Below, in pieces: positions 47,904-57,290 of a stretch of 64,000 bases of DNA (the first letter of the stretch is position 1; each line of letters opens with the position of its first letter). A model generated the notes under the pieces. The model was not told where the DNA came from and searched no databases. It worked only from the letters and a program-made list of their open reading frames with translations. Made by a program: the position numbers and the translations under genes. This stretch comes from a virus. The stretch lies in IMG/VR virus record IMGVR_UViG_3300021168_000013; one strand, written 5' to 3'.

Positions 47904-48857
47904 ATGAAAAATGGATTATATTGTGATGGTGGTAAACGGTGGTTCAGTATTGGTAGTGAGGGCAGAGTATATACGTGTAATTCTCTCATCTACCACCCAA
48001 ATGCATTTCTTGGAAATATAATAACTGAAGACATTAAACTAAGAACAGAAGAATGGAATAGATGTCCCGTTCAAAAGTGTTATCAGATTTGTGATAGGCA
48101 TTGGTCTAAGAAACAAGTATATGAGGATGATAAACTAATTGATAGTCAAGATGTAGTAAATCCTGACCCATATAAAGGTATAAAGAATCCAGCATCTATT
48201 CTTTTTGCGCCCACATGGAAATGTAATTATTCTTGTGTGTATTGTGTATTACCTACCAAGAAAGTTTATCCGAATATTCCAGATGCATGTGATACGTTTC
48301 CTTATCAAACATGGATTGATGCATTTAAGAGATTTTTTACAACTAATGAGATTGGGGGAGGAATATGGCACACCAATGGTGGTGAACCATTGTTCTATGA
48401 TGGTATTGAGCACTTATTTAAGTTTTTCAAGGAGCAAAACTTTACTATTGCTTTAACGAGCAATATTACCGCAGATGTTTACAAGAAAATTGTGGCAGTT
48501 GCTCCTCCATCGTCTTTCGGTATCATAAATTGTAGTTTGCATCCATCTGATAAGAATTTTAGGTTGGATCAATTTAAAAGCAGAGTTCATTTATTAAAAG
48601 TTCTAGGATATCCGATATCTGTCAATTTTGTTGGTCACCCCGATCAAATCATGCTTGCACCTGATTATGCTGAATGGTGTAAGAGTATCGGTGTTGGATT
48701 CTCATTAATTCCATTATTGGGAAACAATGATGGTATTTTCTTTAAAACGATCAATGATTATCCAGAGGCATTGCGAAACATAATAAACAAATACTCAACT
48801 CCTGAATTAAAAGATGATAATAGATTTATCGATGGGGCAAGAGTGAACACTAAATGA
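47904..48857 (+). CDS. Radical SAM protein with N-terminal twitch/SPASM-like domain
   Basis: CNYSCVYC, GGEP, TSN, SLH core preceded by C-x17-GRVYTC...LGNI...CxxxxCxxxC. Confidence 0.85.
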   Translation: MKNGLYCDGGKRWFSIGSEGRVYTCNSLIYHPNAFLGNIITEDIKLRTEEWNRCPVQKCYQICDRHWSKKQVYEDDKLIDSQDVVNPDPYKGIKNPASILFAPTWKCNYSCVYCVLPTKKVYPNIPDACDTFPYQTWIDAFKRFFTTNEIGGGIWHTNGGEPLFYDGIEHLFKFFKEQNFTIALTSNITADVYKKIVAVAPPSSFGIINCSLHPSDKNFRLDQFKSRVHLLKVLGYPISVNFVGHPDQIMLAPDYAEWCKSIGVGFSLIPLLGNNDGIFFKTINDYPEALRNIINKYSTPELKDDNRFIDGARVNTK

Positions 48858-48866
48858 TAAGATACC

Positions 48867-50762
48867 ATGAAGAAGTTTCCGAGGACAATTTGTATATCAT
48901 TGAAGGACGATATCAAACGGCGAGAGTTCATAACAACTCAAACCAAAAAATTGGGCATAGATATCACTTTTATAGACGCCGTGGACGGAATCCGCCTAAA
49001 AATGGCGGATAATCCATGTGGATTGAAAATAGGTGAGTTTGGCTGTGCTTTATCGCATTATTGTACATTAGCATCCATAGATTTACTTCCCGATGAAGAA
49101 TTCTTGATTTTGGAAGATGATGCTATTTTTTGTGAGGATTTTTTAAATAAATTTGAAAAGTTCTATGATAACTTACCAAGTGATTGGGAAATGGCATATT
49201 TGGGTTGGTTACAATGGGCCAAAGTAGTTGATGTCATCAATATCAATGAATATGTTGGTAAAATGAAATCACTTGAATTAACCCACCCATTTAAGTTCAT
49301 GCTATCTAATCATGCCTACATGATTAAAAAACCTACAGCCAAAATTCTAAAAGAAGCTTTATATCCATTAAATATGGCACTTGATGTAGCTTTCATGCGG
49401 AAGATTTTACCGCATATAAAATATTATATATCCACATCATTTCTTGTCAGTCAAGCATCGTTTGAATATGGTCATGGTAGGAACACTAAGTTCAGTGGTT
49501 GGGAATCAAAGACTTGGATTGAAAGAAACCCCGAAATTGACTCTACAGAAATAACCACTGGATATGGATTCTTTCAATTGGAGTCATTCGGGAAAACTCA
49601 TTGGAAATGGACGGGTAATGAGTTTAAATTTTATATTACCGATGGAATTGCTAATATAGAAGTCGATTTTATTTCCCCCATAGCTAATGTTTTAACATTG
49701 GAGACTGATATCTCAAAGAAGGAATATAACATTGTTTCGGGCGAGAATACAATACGTTTTGAACCACATGGACTATATCCTATTATCGGTAGATTGAAAA
49801 ACGTTTATATCCCTGCCAAGAATGAAGATAAATCAAATGATATAAGGGAATTGGGTATAAGAATATTAAGAATGCGTACGGAATCAAATGGATCACTTAA
49901 AACATTTGAAATGAATACTATTCAATGTTATCTTCCGGAAATAGTGTTAGAAAAGGAAGTAAACAAGATAAAGAATATAGGTGTGTTGTTTTTACCAAGA
50001 AGCGGTAGTCATTGGATAGCATATCATCTTAATAATTTTAAAAATATATATTCATTAGATGGAGAAATGTTTAATAGTGATACTTGCTTTATCGACAAAG
50101 AATTGTATGAAAAATTGAAACCATATTACAGTATTCCTAAGAATTTCTGTTTTGAAAGTCTAAACATACTTGCCGCTGAGTTATTGAAGGATAGAACGCG
50201 TTTTCTTACCATAGTAAAAACATTCTTACCGCAGGATAAAATGTTTGCCTTTAAATTGGGTTATCCTCATGTTAATATCGATGACAAAGTTTATAGGACA
50301 CTTGATTATGTTGTTATATCATATAGACGCAATGTGTTGGAACAATGGATCAGCTATAAAAATGCTGAAATAACAAACAAGTGGTGTTGCTCCACAGAAT
50401 CTGATAAGTATCCAGTATCCAAGATACAATGGAATTCTGAGGAGTTTTTAAAGTTCAGGGAAGAGATATATAATAAAACCAAGATTTACAAGAGAATAAC
50501 AAAGAATGTACCGCATGTATTCATGGCGTATGAGGAATGGAACGTCGAAAATATCACGGTAGCGGAGCAAAATACAATATTGTATAATAAACTTAAAGAA
50601 ATCCATATCGATTGTGGTGATATCATTGACGATACATTTAAGAATAAGTTCATAAAACAATTAACGTATAAGACCTATGAAGAATGCTTCACTAATTATG
50701 ATGATTTTGTCAATTTCGCTAACAAGGAATTGTTTATGTTAGAAATAGCTGATATCAGGTAA
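48867..50762 (+). CDS. GT25 glycosyltransferase, beta-sandwich and sulfotransferase-like fusion
   Basis: CISL..D..RR, DAVDG, GCALSH, ILEDDA; middle WKWT...DIRELG; C-terminal LPRSGSHW (PAPS-binding loop) and YRRNVLEQWIS. Confidence 0.75.
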   Translation: MKKFPRTICISLKDDIKRREFITTQTKKLGIDITFIDAVDGIRLKMADNPCGLKIGEFGCALSHYCTLASIDLLPDEEFLILEDDAIFCEDFLNKFEKFYDNLPSDWEMAYLGWLQWAKVVDVININEYVGKMKSLELTHPFKFMLSNHAYMIKKPTAKILKEALYPLNMALDVAFMRKILPHIKYYISTSFLVSQASFEYGHGRNTKFSGWESKTWIERNPEIDSTEITTGYGFFQLESFGKTHWKWTGNEFKFYITDGIANIEVDFISPIANVLTLETDISKKEYNIVSGENTIRFEPHGLYPIIGRLKNVYIPAKNEDKSNDIRELGIRILRMRTESNGSLKTFEMNTIQCYLPEIVLEKEVNKIKNIGVLFLPRSGSHWIAYHLNNFKNIYSLDGEMFNSDTCFIDKELYEKLKPYYSIPKNFCFESLNILAAELLKDRTRFLTIVKTFLPQDKMFAFKLGYPHVNIDDKVYRTLDYVVISYRRNVLEQWISYKNAEITNKWCCSTESDKYPVSKIQWNSEEFLKFREEIYNKTKIYKRITKNVPHVFMAYEEWNVENITVAEQNTILYNKLKEIHIDCGDIIDDTFKNKFIKQLTYKTYEECFTNYDDFVNFANKELFMLEIADIR

Positions 50763-50790
50763 TAAAATGCTATTATCTATTAACTTCTTC

Positions 50791-50798
50791 ATATTTAT
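50791..50798 (+). promoter_or_regulatory. ATATTTAT putative late-promoter motif, 5 nt before ATG
   Basis: ATATTTATATAATATG 16-mer identical to the one at 52722-52737. Confidence 0.55.
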
Positions 50799-50803
50799 AT
50801 AAT

Positions 50804-51463
50804 ATGAGAAAACCTTTAATGGAGAAATTAATCAGAGAAAATGGTGATTTGGGAGATAGAATGATGCTCGGATTACCTATGACGGTTGGTGGAGGAGTGG
50901 TAAATCCCGGAGTTTCCACATTTTCCTCGCCAGATGTTAGTCAAGACCCCGATTCTTTTGATACTAAAGGTTTTCAAGATGCTGGCCCCGAAGGATACAA
51001 AAACGTAGAAGATACTGATGAAAAAAATCCAGAATTGCCACAACCAGCTTCTGATGCAACTTACGCACCAAGTGTAGCGGGTTCCCAGACCAACGTTAAT
51101 ACTGGTATCCCAAGTGTGTCTAATACCAAGCCAAATGTAGCAATGCGTTCCACGGATGTCATTCCTGATGAGAAGAAAGGTATTAATGCTATCAAGTTCA
51201 AAGTAACTCCTGATGAAATCATAGCAGGTATAGATGCTGAATTAAGAGACATGGTATTTAAAAGACCCGATGTGGCAAAAGCATTAGTCATTAAAAATTT
51301 ACAGAAAGACCCAAAATTTTATAGCAAATTGAAATTTCTTAACATTGATGACAAATTGGACGAATCATTGAAGGGTAAAACTCCACAAGAAATCGCAATC
51401 ATCAAAATTATGCGTGATTTGTATGATAAGAAATATGCATCACGTGATAAGAAATTGATATGA
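50804..51463 (+). CDS. Hypothetical probable virion protein
   Basis: C-terminal EIIAGIDAE...A...V..NL.KDP.FYSKL motif recurrent in jumbo-phage proteins; late motif upstream. Confidence 0.55.
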   Translation: MRKPLMEKLIRENGDLGDRMMLGLPMTVGGGVVNPGVSTFSSPDVSQDPDSFDTKGFQDAGPEGYKNVEDTDEKNPELPQPASDATYAPSVAGSQTNVNTGIPSVSNTKPNVAMRSTDVIPDEKKGINAIKFKVTPDEIIAGIDAELRDMVFKRPDVAKALVIKNLQKDPKFYSKLKFLNIDDKLDESLKGKTPQEIAIIKIMRDLYDKKYASRDKKLI

Positions 51464-51885
51464 ATAAGGTAGAGCAATATACTGCATTTAAGAAATTTTT
51501 GGATTCTCTAGATGATACCAAATTACAGTATTATTGGAACGATTTAATTCTCCCTTATATAAAAAATAGTGGAATCAGTGAAAGACAAGGATTTTTGTGG
51601 TGGGAATTGTATAAGTCCAAAAAATGGCCAACGACTTATAAATTAAAAGAAATTTTAAAACAGAAAGCCAATTGGAAAGTATTGGGGAATGGTAAATCGG
51701 ATGAAACTGTTCGTAGCAATATGAAGGGTAAATGGACGATAAAATTTTCTAATACAGAAAAGCCATTGGCTGAATATGAGGAGATTGAGACGAATGATAG
51801 TTTAAATGTTTCCAGCAAAAGTAAAGGTGATCTTGATTATTTAAAAGAGAATCACATGAAATATAAAAGTCACTTTAGAATATAA
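51460..51885 (+). CDS. Hypothetical protein
   Basis: 141-aa coupled ORF. Confidence 0.55.
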   Translation: MNKVEQYTAFKKFLDSLDDTKLQYYWNDLILPYIKNSGISERQGFLWWELYKSKKWPTTYKLKEILKQKANWKVLGNGKSDETVRSNMKGKWTIKFSNTEKPLAEYEEIETNDSLNVSSKSKGDLDYLKENHMKYKSHFRI

Positions 51886-51916
51886 GCAGTGTGGGTAGAT
51901 GAAGTAACTCTTCATT

Positions 51917-52708
51917 ATGAAGAAATTCTTAACATTAATGCTTTGTTTGGGGAGTATATCAAATCCACTTAGTGGAATGGATCTCCCTAGCGGTATAATA
52001 GAAATCTCCTCTCCGTTAATAATAACTCACAGCAATTTCTCCATAATTGGAAACAAAACCACCATACGAATAAAAGACAATGCTAATTGTCCAGCCATTA
52101 TAATAGGTAACATTCGTGGTAAGCCTGTCACCAATATTCTCATAAAAGACATCACAATTGATGGTAATAAAAGCAATCAATCCAGAGAATTTTACAAATA
52201 TACCAAAAAAGGTGTTATAAACAATGATGGCATCCTTATACAAAACGCCAATCATGTAAATATAGAAAATGTCACAATAAGCAATTGTAAATCAGGAGGA
52301 TTAGTTTCCACATTGGACTGTGATACTTTATCTATAGATCATTTGACTTCTTATAATAATGAGTATGATGGTATAGCATGTTACGAGACAACAAATAGTA
52401 CATTTAAGAATTTATGCTTAACCAATAATGGTGCGGCAGGAATATCATTGGATAATCATTTTAATGATAATATGTTCTCAAATGTTGATATTAATAACAA
52501 CCAGACTGGTATTTTCATGAGGAACAGTAACAATAATGTATTTTTGAATATAGCAATGAAGAATAATAAACTTGGTGCGTTCATATCACATATCGATAAG
52601 GACGAATCAACAGGATGTTCAAATAACATAATCTTGGGTAAATTAGACAAGGTTATAATAAATAGAACAACTTGCATGGGCAATCTGATCAAAAATAATA
52701 CGTTTTAA
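51917..52708 (+). CDS. Right-handed beta-helix (pectate lyase-like) protein with signal-peptide-like N-terminus
   Basis: Asn-ladder repeats (ITIDGN, GILI.NA.HV.IENVTISN, NN.DGI); MKKFLTLMLCLG leader. Confidence 0.75.
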   Translation: MKKFLTLMLCLGSISNPLSGMDLPSGIIEISSPLIITHSNFSIIGNKTTIRIKDNANCPAIIIGNIRGKPVTNILIKDITIDGNKSNQSREFYKYTKKGVINNDGILIQNANHVNIENVTISNCKSGGLVSTLDCDTLSIDHLTSYNNEYDGIACYETTNSTFKNLCLTNNGAAGISLDNHFNDNMFSNVDINNNQTGIFMRNSNNNVFLNIAMKNNKLGAFISHIDKDESTGCSNNIILGKLDKVIINRTTCMGNLIKNNTF

Positions 52709-52721
52709 TCGATATATTGGT

Positions 52722-52729
52722 ATATTTAT
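52722..52729 (+). promoter_or_regulatory. ATATTTAT putative late-promoter motif, 5 nt before ATG
   Basis: ATATTTAT-ATAAT-ATG (52735). Confidence 0.55.
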
Positions 52730-52734
52730 ATAAT

Positions 52735-53043
52735 ATGGAATATACCGATTTTTATAGCTATTTAAAAGAAGGCGATGTATCAGCATTGCAGAATCCTGCT
52801 AAAATCCAATATACAGATGATGTTGATTGTACCAATTTCACCAATGATATAACTCCAAACAAAGATGTACCTAATTTCAATCCAAGTATTAATAGAAATG
52901 CGGTATTGGATAAGGATAAGGTTGTTGACTTAGGTAAATTCTTGGGTGGTAGCTCCGAAGTAAAGAGTGATAATCCAGCTATCAGTGTTCCTGATATTGT
53001 AAATCAGAAATTGGATATCGATGTCACTGAACCAGAACTTTGA
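52735..53043 (+). CDS. Acidic hypothetical protein
   Basis: Start at ATG 52735 after the late motif. Confidence 0.55.
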   Translation: MEYTDFYSYLKEGDVSALQNPAKIQYTDDVDCTNFTNDITPNKDVPNFNPSINRNAVLDKDKVVDLGKFLGGSSEVKSDNPAISVPDIVNQKLDIDVTEPEL

Positions 53044-53900
53044 TAATGAATCCGGAGAAAAAACAGAGAATCAAGGAAGTCCTTAAAAAAATTGTAACAA
53101 AAGAAACAATTTATAAAGGAAACCTCGGTATTGCCGAATTAATGAGGTTCTATGGAATCGCTGATCCAGATAGTCGTTCTAAAGTTGATTCATTGTTTGC
53201 TAAAAAGCAAGATAAGACTGCATGGCATGTTGTGGTAGCATATTTAAAATCACACGGTATGTTAAAAGAAAATTGGAAAGGTGCATTGGCAGGATTAGGT
53301 ATTGCTGGATTGTCAGCAATTACTCCCAACACAACACATGATCCTAAACCATTGACTGGGCCAATTCATGCTAAATCTACTGTAACAACTCATGTACATA
53401 GACCCCCTGTCTATCATAAACACAAGAATATCATTACTTTGATTAAACATTATGAGAATAACAAGGAAAATCCTAATAGTGGATATAATAAAGAAAAACA
53501 GAGATGGTATCCACACAAAAGTGTTGAGGGTGGTAGTGACACCATAGCGTATGGACATAAAATCCAACCACATGAGAATTTCAGCAAAGGATTATCGGAT
53601 GTTGATGCTATCAGACTATTAAGAAAAGATATAGCTAGAAAGGAAGAAATAATAAGATCGGATATTCCAAATTTTGATAAGTTTCCCGAATATATAAGAA
53701 ATGCATTGGTCAATGCGTTTTACAGAGGCGACATGGAACCTAATGTAATAAACCTTATTAATCGTGGACAATGGGACAAAGTGGCATCAGCATATTTGAA
53801 TAATAAGAATTTTAAGAGTGGTGACTTTCAACAGATAAAAGATAGAATGCAAGACAATGCTAATGCGTTCATATCTTACGCCCAAGAGACTCAAAGATAA
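53040..53900 (+). CDS. Lysozyme-like (GH24-type) protein with N-terminal virion-type domain
   Basis: LIKHYEN...Y.H...G..TIAYGH...G.S...A..LL.KD, then AL.NA.YRG. Confidence 0.65.
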   Translation: MIMNPEKKQRIKEVLKKIVTKETIYKGNLGIAELMRFYGIADPDSRSKVDSLFAKKQDKTAWHVVVAYLKSHGMLKENWKGALAGLGIAGLSAITPNTTHDPKPLTGPIHAKSTVTTHVHRPPVYHKHKNIITLIKHYENNKENPNSGYNKEKQRWYPHKSVEGGSDTIAYGHKIQPHENFSKGLSDVDAIRLLRKDIARKEEIIRSDIPNFDKFPEYIRNALVNAFYRGDMEPNVINLINRGQWDKVASAYLNNKNFKSGDFQQIKDRMQDNANAFISYAQETQR

Positions 53901-53901
53901 T

Positions 53902-54117
53902 ATGAAAATAATCTATCAGTTCATAAAAGGATTATTTTTATTATTTACACCAAGGCCATCACCAGTTTCGTGTGCATATCGAGGAGTATCGGTGGCACCA
54001 GAAGATATTTGTAAACCACCTAATTCCGAATATAGAAAAGAATGGCTTCGACGTTTTCCTAATGCATATTGTGAATCATGTGGATTGAGAAAGCATTTGT
54101 TTTATCTACATAGATAA
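53902..54117 (+). CDS. Small Cys-containing hypothetical protein
   Basis: 71 aa from ATG 53902; CESCG motif. Confidence 0.4.
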   Translation: MKIIYQFIKGLFLLFTPRPSPVSCAYRGVSVAPEDICKPPNSEYRKEWLRRFPNAYCESCGLRKHLFYLHR

Positions 54118-54191
54118 TTATAATAATGTCCTCGTAAGTTAAAACACTATAGGAATACTACTTATAGGTTAAAGTAATATCATATAAAAAC

Positions 54192-54220
54192 TTGAAAATC
54201 ACCAATTTATACTGTATACT
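54192..54220 (+). promoter_or_regulatory. sigma70-type promoter
   Basis: TTGAAA-17-TATACT, 12 nt before ATG 54233. Confidence 0.65.
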
Positions 54221-54232
54221 TTAGACTAAGTT

Positions 54233-54532
54233 ATGAAATATTATATACAACACAACAAGTTAGGAACCAAACCTGTATTATTAAATACAATAAATGAAGT
54301 CGCCCAAAGATTGGGAGATTTATGTAAATCCACTAGTGGAATGAGTCGTTCAGCATTTATGCAGAACCGAGTTGATCTAGGTCATCCATCCGATGAATCT
54401 TCTGGAAGAACATTCATTGAGGCTATGTCGGAAACAGTTAATATTGGATTAGTTAAAGATGGACAATTACTTAGATGTAATATCTGTGATGCGAATCACT
54501 ATTCTAAGTACAAAGTTGAAATGGGTGACTAA
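54233..54532 (+). CDS. Hypothetical protein
   Basis: 99 aa, first gene after a promoter. Confidence 0.6.
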   Translation: MKYYIQHNKLGTKPVLLNTINEVAQRLGDLCKSTSGMSRSAFMQNRVDLGHPSDESSGRTFIEAMSETVNIGLVKDGQLLRCNICDANHYSKYKVEMGD

Positions 54533-54537
54533 TTGAT

Positions 54538-56178
54538 ATGATAGCGGGATTCCAATTAATTTGGCAAGAACCGTATCTGTTTACAGAAGAAAATGGCAAA
54601 TCTTCATGGAAAAGAGAGTGTTTAATTCCTGTAAACGTTAGGGGTGCGTTTTTTGCTTATTGGAAATCTAAAAGCTTTCTAATCAAACAGAAAGGTTACA
54701 GTGTAACGAAAAAAGACCAAGATTGGTATCTAGTTCAAACGTCAAAAACTAAAGAATCTCTCACATCCACACAAAAACATCAGTCCAGTGTGGATAATTT
54801 TCAATTAACACCAGTTGTGGTTAAAGACTCCAGTGGATTACGTCCATGGCAGGTTGACGCTGTTAGTAAAATATGCTCAGCTATAAATCATTGGGGTGCA
54901 TCCATTGATGGATCAGATTTGGGTGTCGGAAAAACTTATACAGCATGTGGTGTTGCTAGAGAACTGAATATGGATATATTGGTAGTATGTCCTAAAGCAG
55001 TTATGGAAAGTTGGAAGCGTGTAATTAAGAATCACTTTAAAATGAATCATAAATTAGTCGGAGTCATTAATTATGAGTCATTAAGATTGGGTAAGACTGA
55101 AAGTGACATAGCTAGTTATGTTAAACGTAGAGACACTAGACGTAAAGAGTTTATATGGAAGATACCAAAGAATACGTTGATTGTTTGGGATGAAAGTCAA
55201 AAACTTAAGAATGCCAAAACAAAAAATAGTGAGACATGTGTATCCGCATTAAAACAGGGATATAAAATGTTATTCTGTAGTGCCACCAATGCAACCAATC
55301 CTTTGGAATTAAAGACGGTAGGCATGGCCCTTAATCTATTTAAGAATAGTAAAGATTATTATGGCTGGTTGTATGAACATGGTTGTAGCAAAGGTCGCTA
55401 TGGATTAGAGTTCAATGGTAATAAGGATGTTCTAAAAAAACTTCATAAAGATATATTTGTTAATAGAGGAGTACGTCTCACAAGAGATACTATACCAAAT
55501 TTTCCAGAAACTGATTTGAATGCTGAGTGTTTTACAATAGAAGAAGAATCCACCGCTAAAATTAATCAGATTTATGCGGAAATGGCAAAAGAACTGGCTA
55601 TCCTCAATAGAAAGATAAAAAAGGAAAGTAAAGATAGTATAAATAGACTCACGGCTATAATTAGAGCAAGACAGAAAGTTGAACTGTTAAAAATACCGAT
55701 ATTCGTTGAACTGATAGAAGAAGCGTTAGAGTCAAACATGAGTATTGTAGTGTTTCTAAATTTTGAAGATAGCATCAAGGCACTGTGTGAGAGATTTGAT
55801 ACCAATTGCGTTATCAAGGGTAGTAATACAGATGAAGAGAGACAAAAGAACATAGATGATTTCCAAGCCGATAAACAAAGATTGATTATAGTTAATATCC
55901 AATCAGGGGGTGCAGGATTAAGCTTGCATGACATAAATGGTACATATCCTAGATTGGCGTTGATATCACCATGTTATAGTGCGGTATTAATGCGTCAGGC
56001 CACAGGACGTGTATGGAGAGATAGTGGTAAATCAAAATCCGTACAAAAGATAGTTTTTGTCGGCAATACCATCGAAGAAGAGGTATGTGAGAAAGTTAAA
56101 TTAAAGTTGGAAAATTTGGATACATTAAATGATGGAGACTTACAAAACAATGAAAAAAGTAGTGGTATTATTGGATAA
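54538..56178 (+). CDS. SNF2-family (SF2) helicase
   Basis: RPWQ, DLGVGKT, WDESQ, SAT, GGAGLSL, RQATGRVWR. Confidence 0.9.
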   Translation: MIAGFQLIWQEPYLFTEENGKSSWKRECLIPVNVRGAFFAYWKSKSFLIKQKGYSVTKKDQDWYLVQTSKTKESLTSTQKHQSSVDNFQLTPVVVKDSSGLRPWQVDAVSKICSAINHWGASIDGSDLGVGKTYTACGVARELNMDILVVCPKAVMESWKRVIKNHFKMNHKLVGVINYESLRLGKTESDIASYVKRRDTRRKEFIWKIPKNTLIVWDESQKLKNAKTKNSETCVSALKQGYKMLFCSATNATNPLELKTVGMALNLFKNSKDYYGWLYEHGCSKGRYGLEFNGNKDVLKKLHKDIFVNRGVRLTRDTIPNFPETDLNAECFTIEEESTAKINQIYAEMAKELAILNRKIKKESKDSINRLTAIIRARQKVELLKIPIFVELIEEALESNMSIVVFLNFEDSIKALCERFDTNCVIKGSNTDEERQKNIDDFQADKQRLIIVNIQSGGAGLSLHDINGTYPRLALISPCYSAVLMRQATGRVWRDSGKSKSVQKIVFVGNTIEEEVCEKVKLKLENLDTLNDGDLQNNEKSSGIIG

Positions 56179-56476
56179 CGAAAAACACGAAGTGGAGATC
56201 GATTCCGACGTATTCACTGACTATGGTTTAGAGGCATGTACTAGAGTAATCGAAAGATTAGTCGGTGCAGGTGATGATGGATTGCCGGGATTTCTATTCT
56301 GTGAAGAAATAACAGAGGATAAATTACCAGCAAGACTGAAATTCGGAACATATAACACTTATAAATTAATCATCAATGCAGGTTTTCACGAGAAGGCTGA
56401 AAACTTACGTGTTAGATTTTTAAAAGAAATGAATGTGGATTTGGCGGAAGAACCTATAAAAAGCAAATTTAATTAA
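56150..56476 (+). CDS. Hypothetical protein
   Basis: Start at ATG 56150 (MKKVVV) overlapping helicase end. Confidence 0.55.
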   Translation: MKKVVVLLDNEKHEVEIDSDVFTDYGLEACTRVIERLVGAGDDGLPGFLFCEEITEDKLPARLKFGTYNTYKLIINAGFHEKAENLRVRFLKEMNVDLAEEPIKSKFN

Positions 56477-56478
56477 TC

Positions 56479-57252
56479 ATGGATGATATCTTGTTACAGC
56501 AGTTACTTGAAAAAGTAAACAGTTTCCAAACCGAATTAGATAAAGTTAAAACTGAAAACGAATCTTTAAAAAAAGATGTTAATGAGGTTAAAACTTTAAA
56601 TGATATTGGAAGAGATGTTGCCCAAGAGGTTGCTCAGGAAATTGATTTATTAAAACAAAATGGGGTAACAATACAACATTTGGAAAAGAAAGCGGCTAAA
56701 TTACAGATCAGAGGCAAACGTGGTAAACAAGCTAAACCTATAACCAAGGACGAGATATTGGATATTCAAAAGGTATCAGTATCTGGTCACGAATGTGCCC
56801 GTAAATTAGGAGTCACATACCAAACATATAAAAAGTACGCAAAATTATATGGTGTTCATACCTTAATTCAATATCCATGGCCAAAGGGATACAAACCAAA
56901 AGGATTTTTAACTGATCCATACCTTGGTAAATATCCAATCGATGATATATTAGCCAATAAATTCCCAGACTTCCCTATCCATAGATTGAAGGATAAATTG
57001 ATAAGAAGTGGTAAAAAAGAGTCATGCTGTGAGCAATGCGGTTTTAAAGAAAGACGAATCACAGACGGTAAGATACCACTGTTATTAAACTTTGATGATG
57101 GTAACAACAAAAATCATAGTTTGGAAAACTTGCGTATTTTGTGTTATAATTGTTCATTTACGTCAGGGACGGCTTATATAAGGATAGGAGCGAAGCGATT
57201 TGATCCTGATACACTTCAAGGTTCCGCAAAGATTCTCCCTGCCAGACATTAA
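56479..57252 (+). CDS. Coiled coil, HTH and degenerate HNH protein
   Basis: HTH SGHECARKLGVTYQTYKKY; CEQCG...NFDDGN..N..LENL..LCYNC (usual HH replaced by NF). Confidence 0.7.
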   Translation: MDDILLQQLLEKVNSFQTELDKVKTENESLKKDVNEVKTLNDIGRDVAQEVAQEIDLLKQNGVTIQHLEKKAAKLQIRGKRGKQAKPITKDEILDIQKVSVSGHECARKLGVTYQTYKKYAKLYGVHTLIQYPWPKGYKPKGFLTDPYLGKYPIDDILANKFPDFPIHRLKDKLIRSGKKESCCEQCGFKERRITDGKIPLLLNFDDGNNKNHSLENLRILCYNCSFTSGTAYIRIGAKRFDPDTLQGSAKILPARH

Positions 57253-57290
57253 ATTAATTCAATTGCCACTCAGTCAAATATATATTTTAA

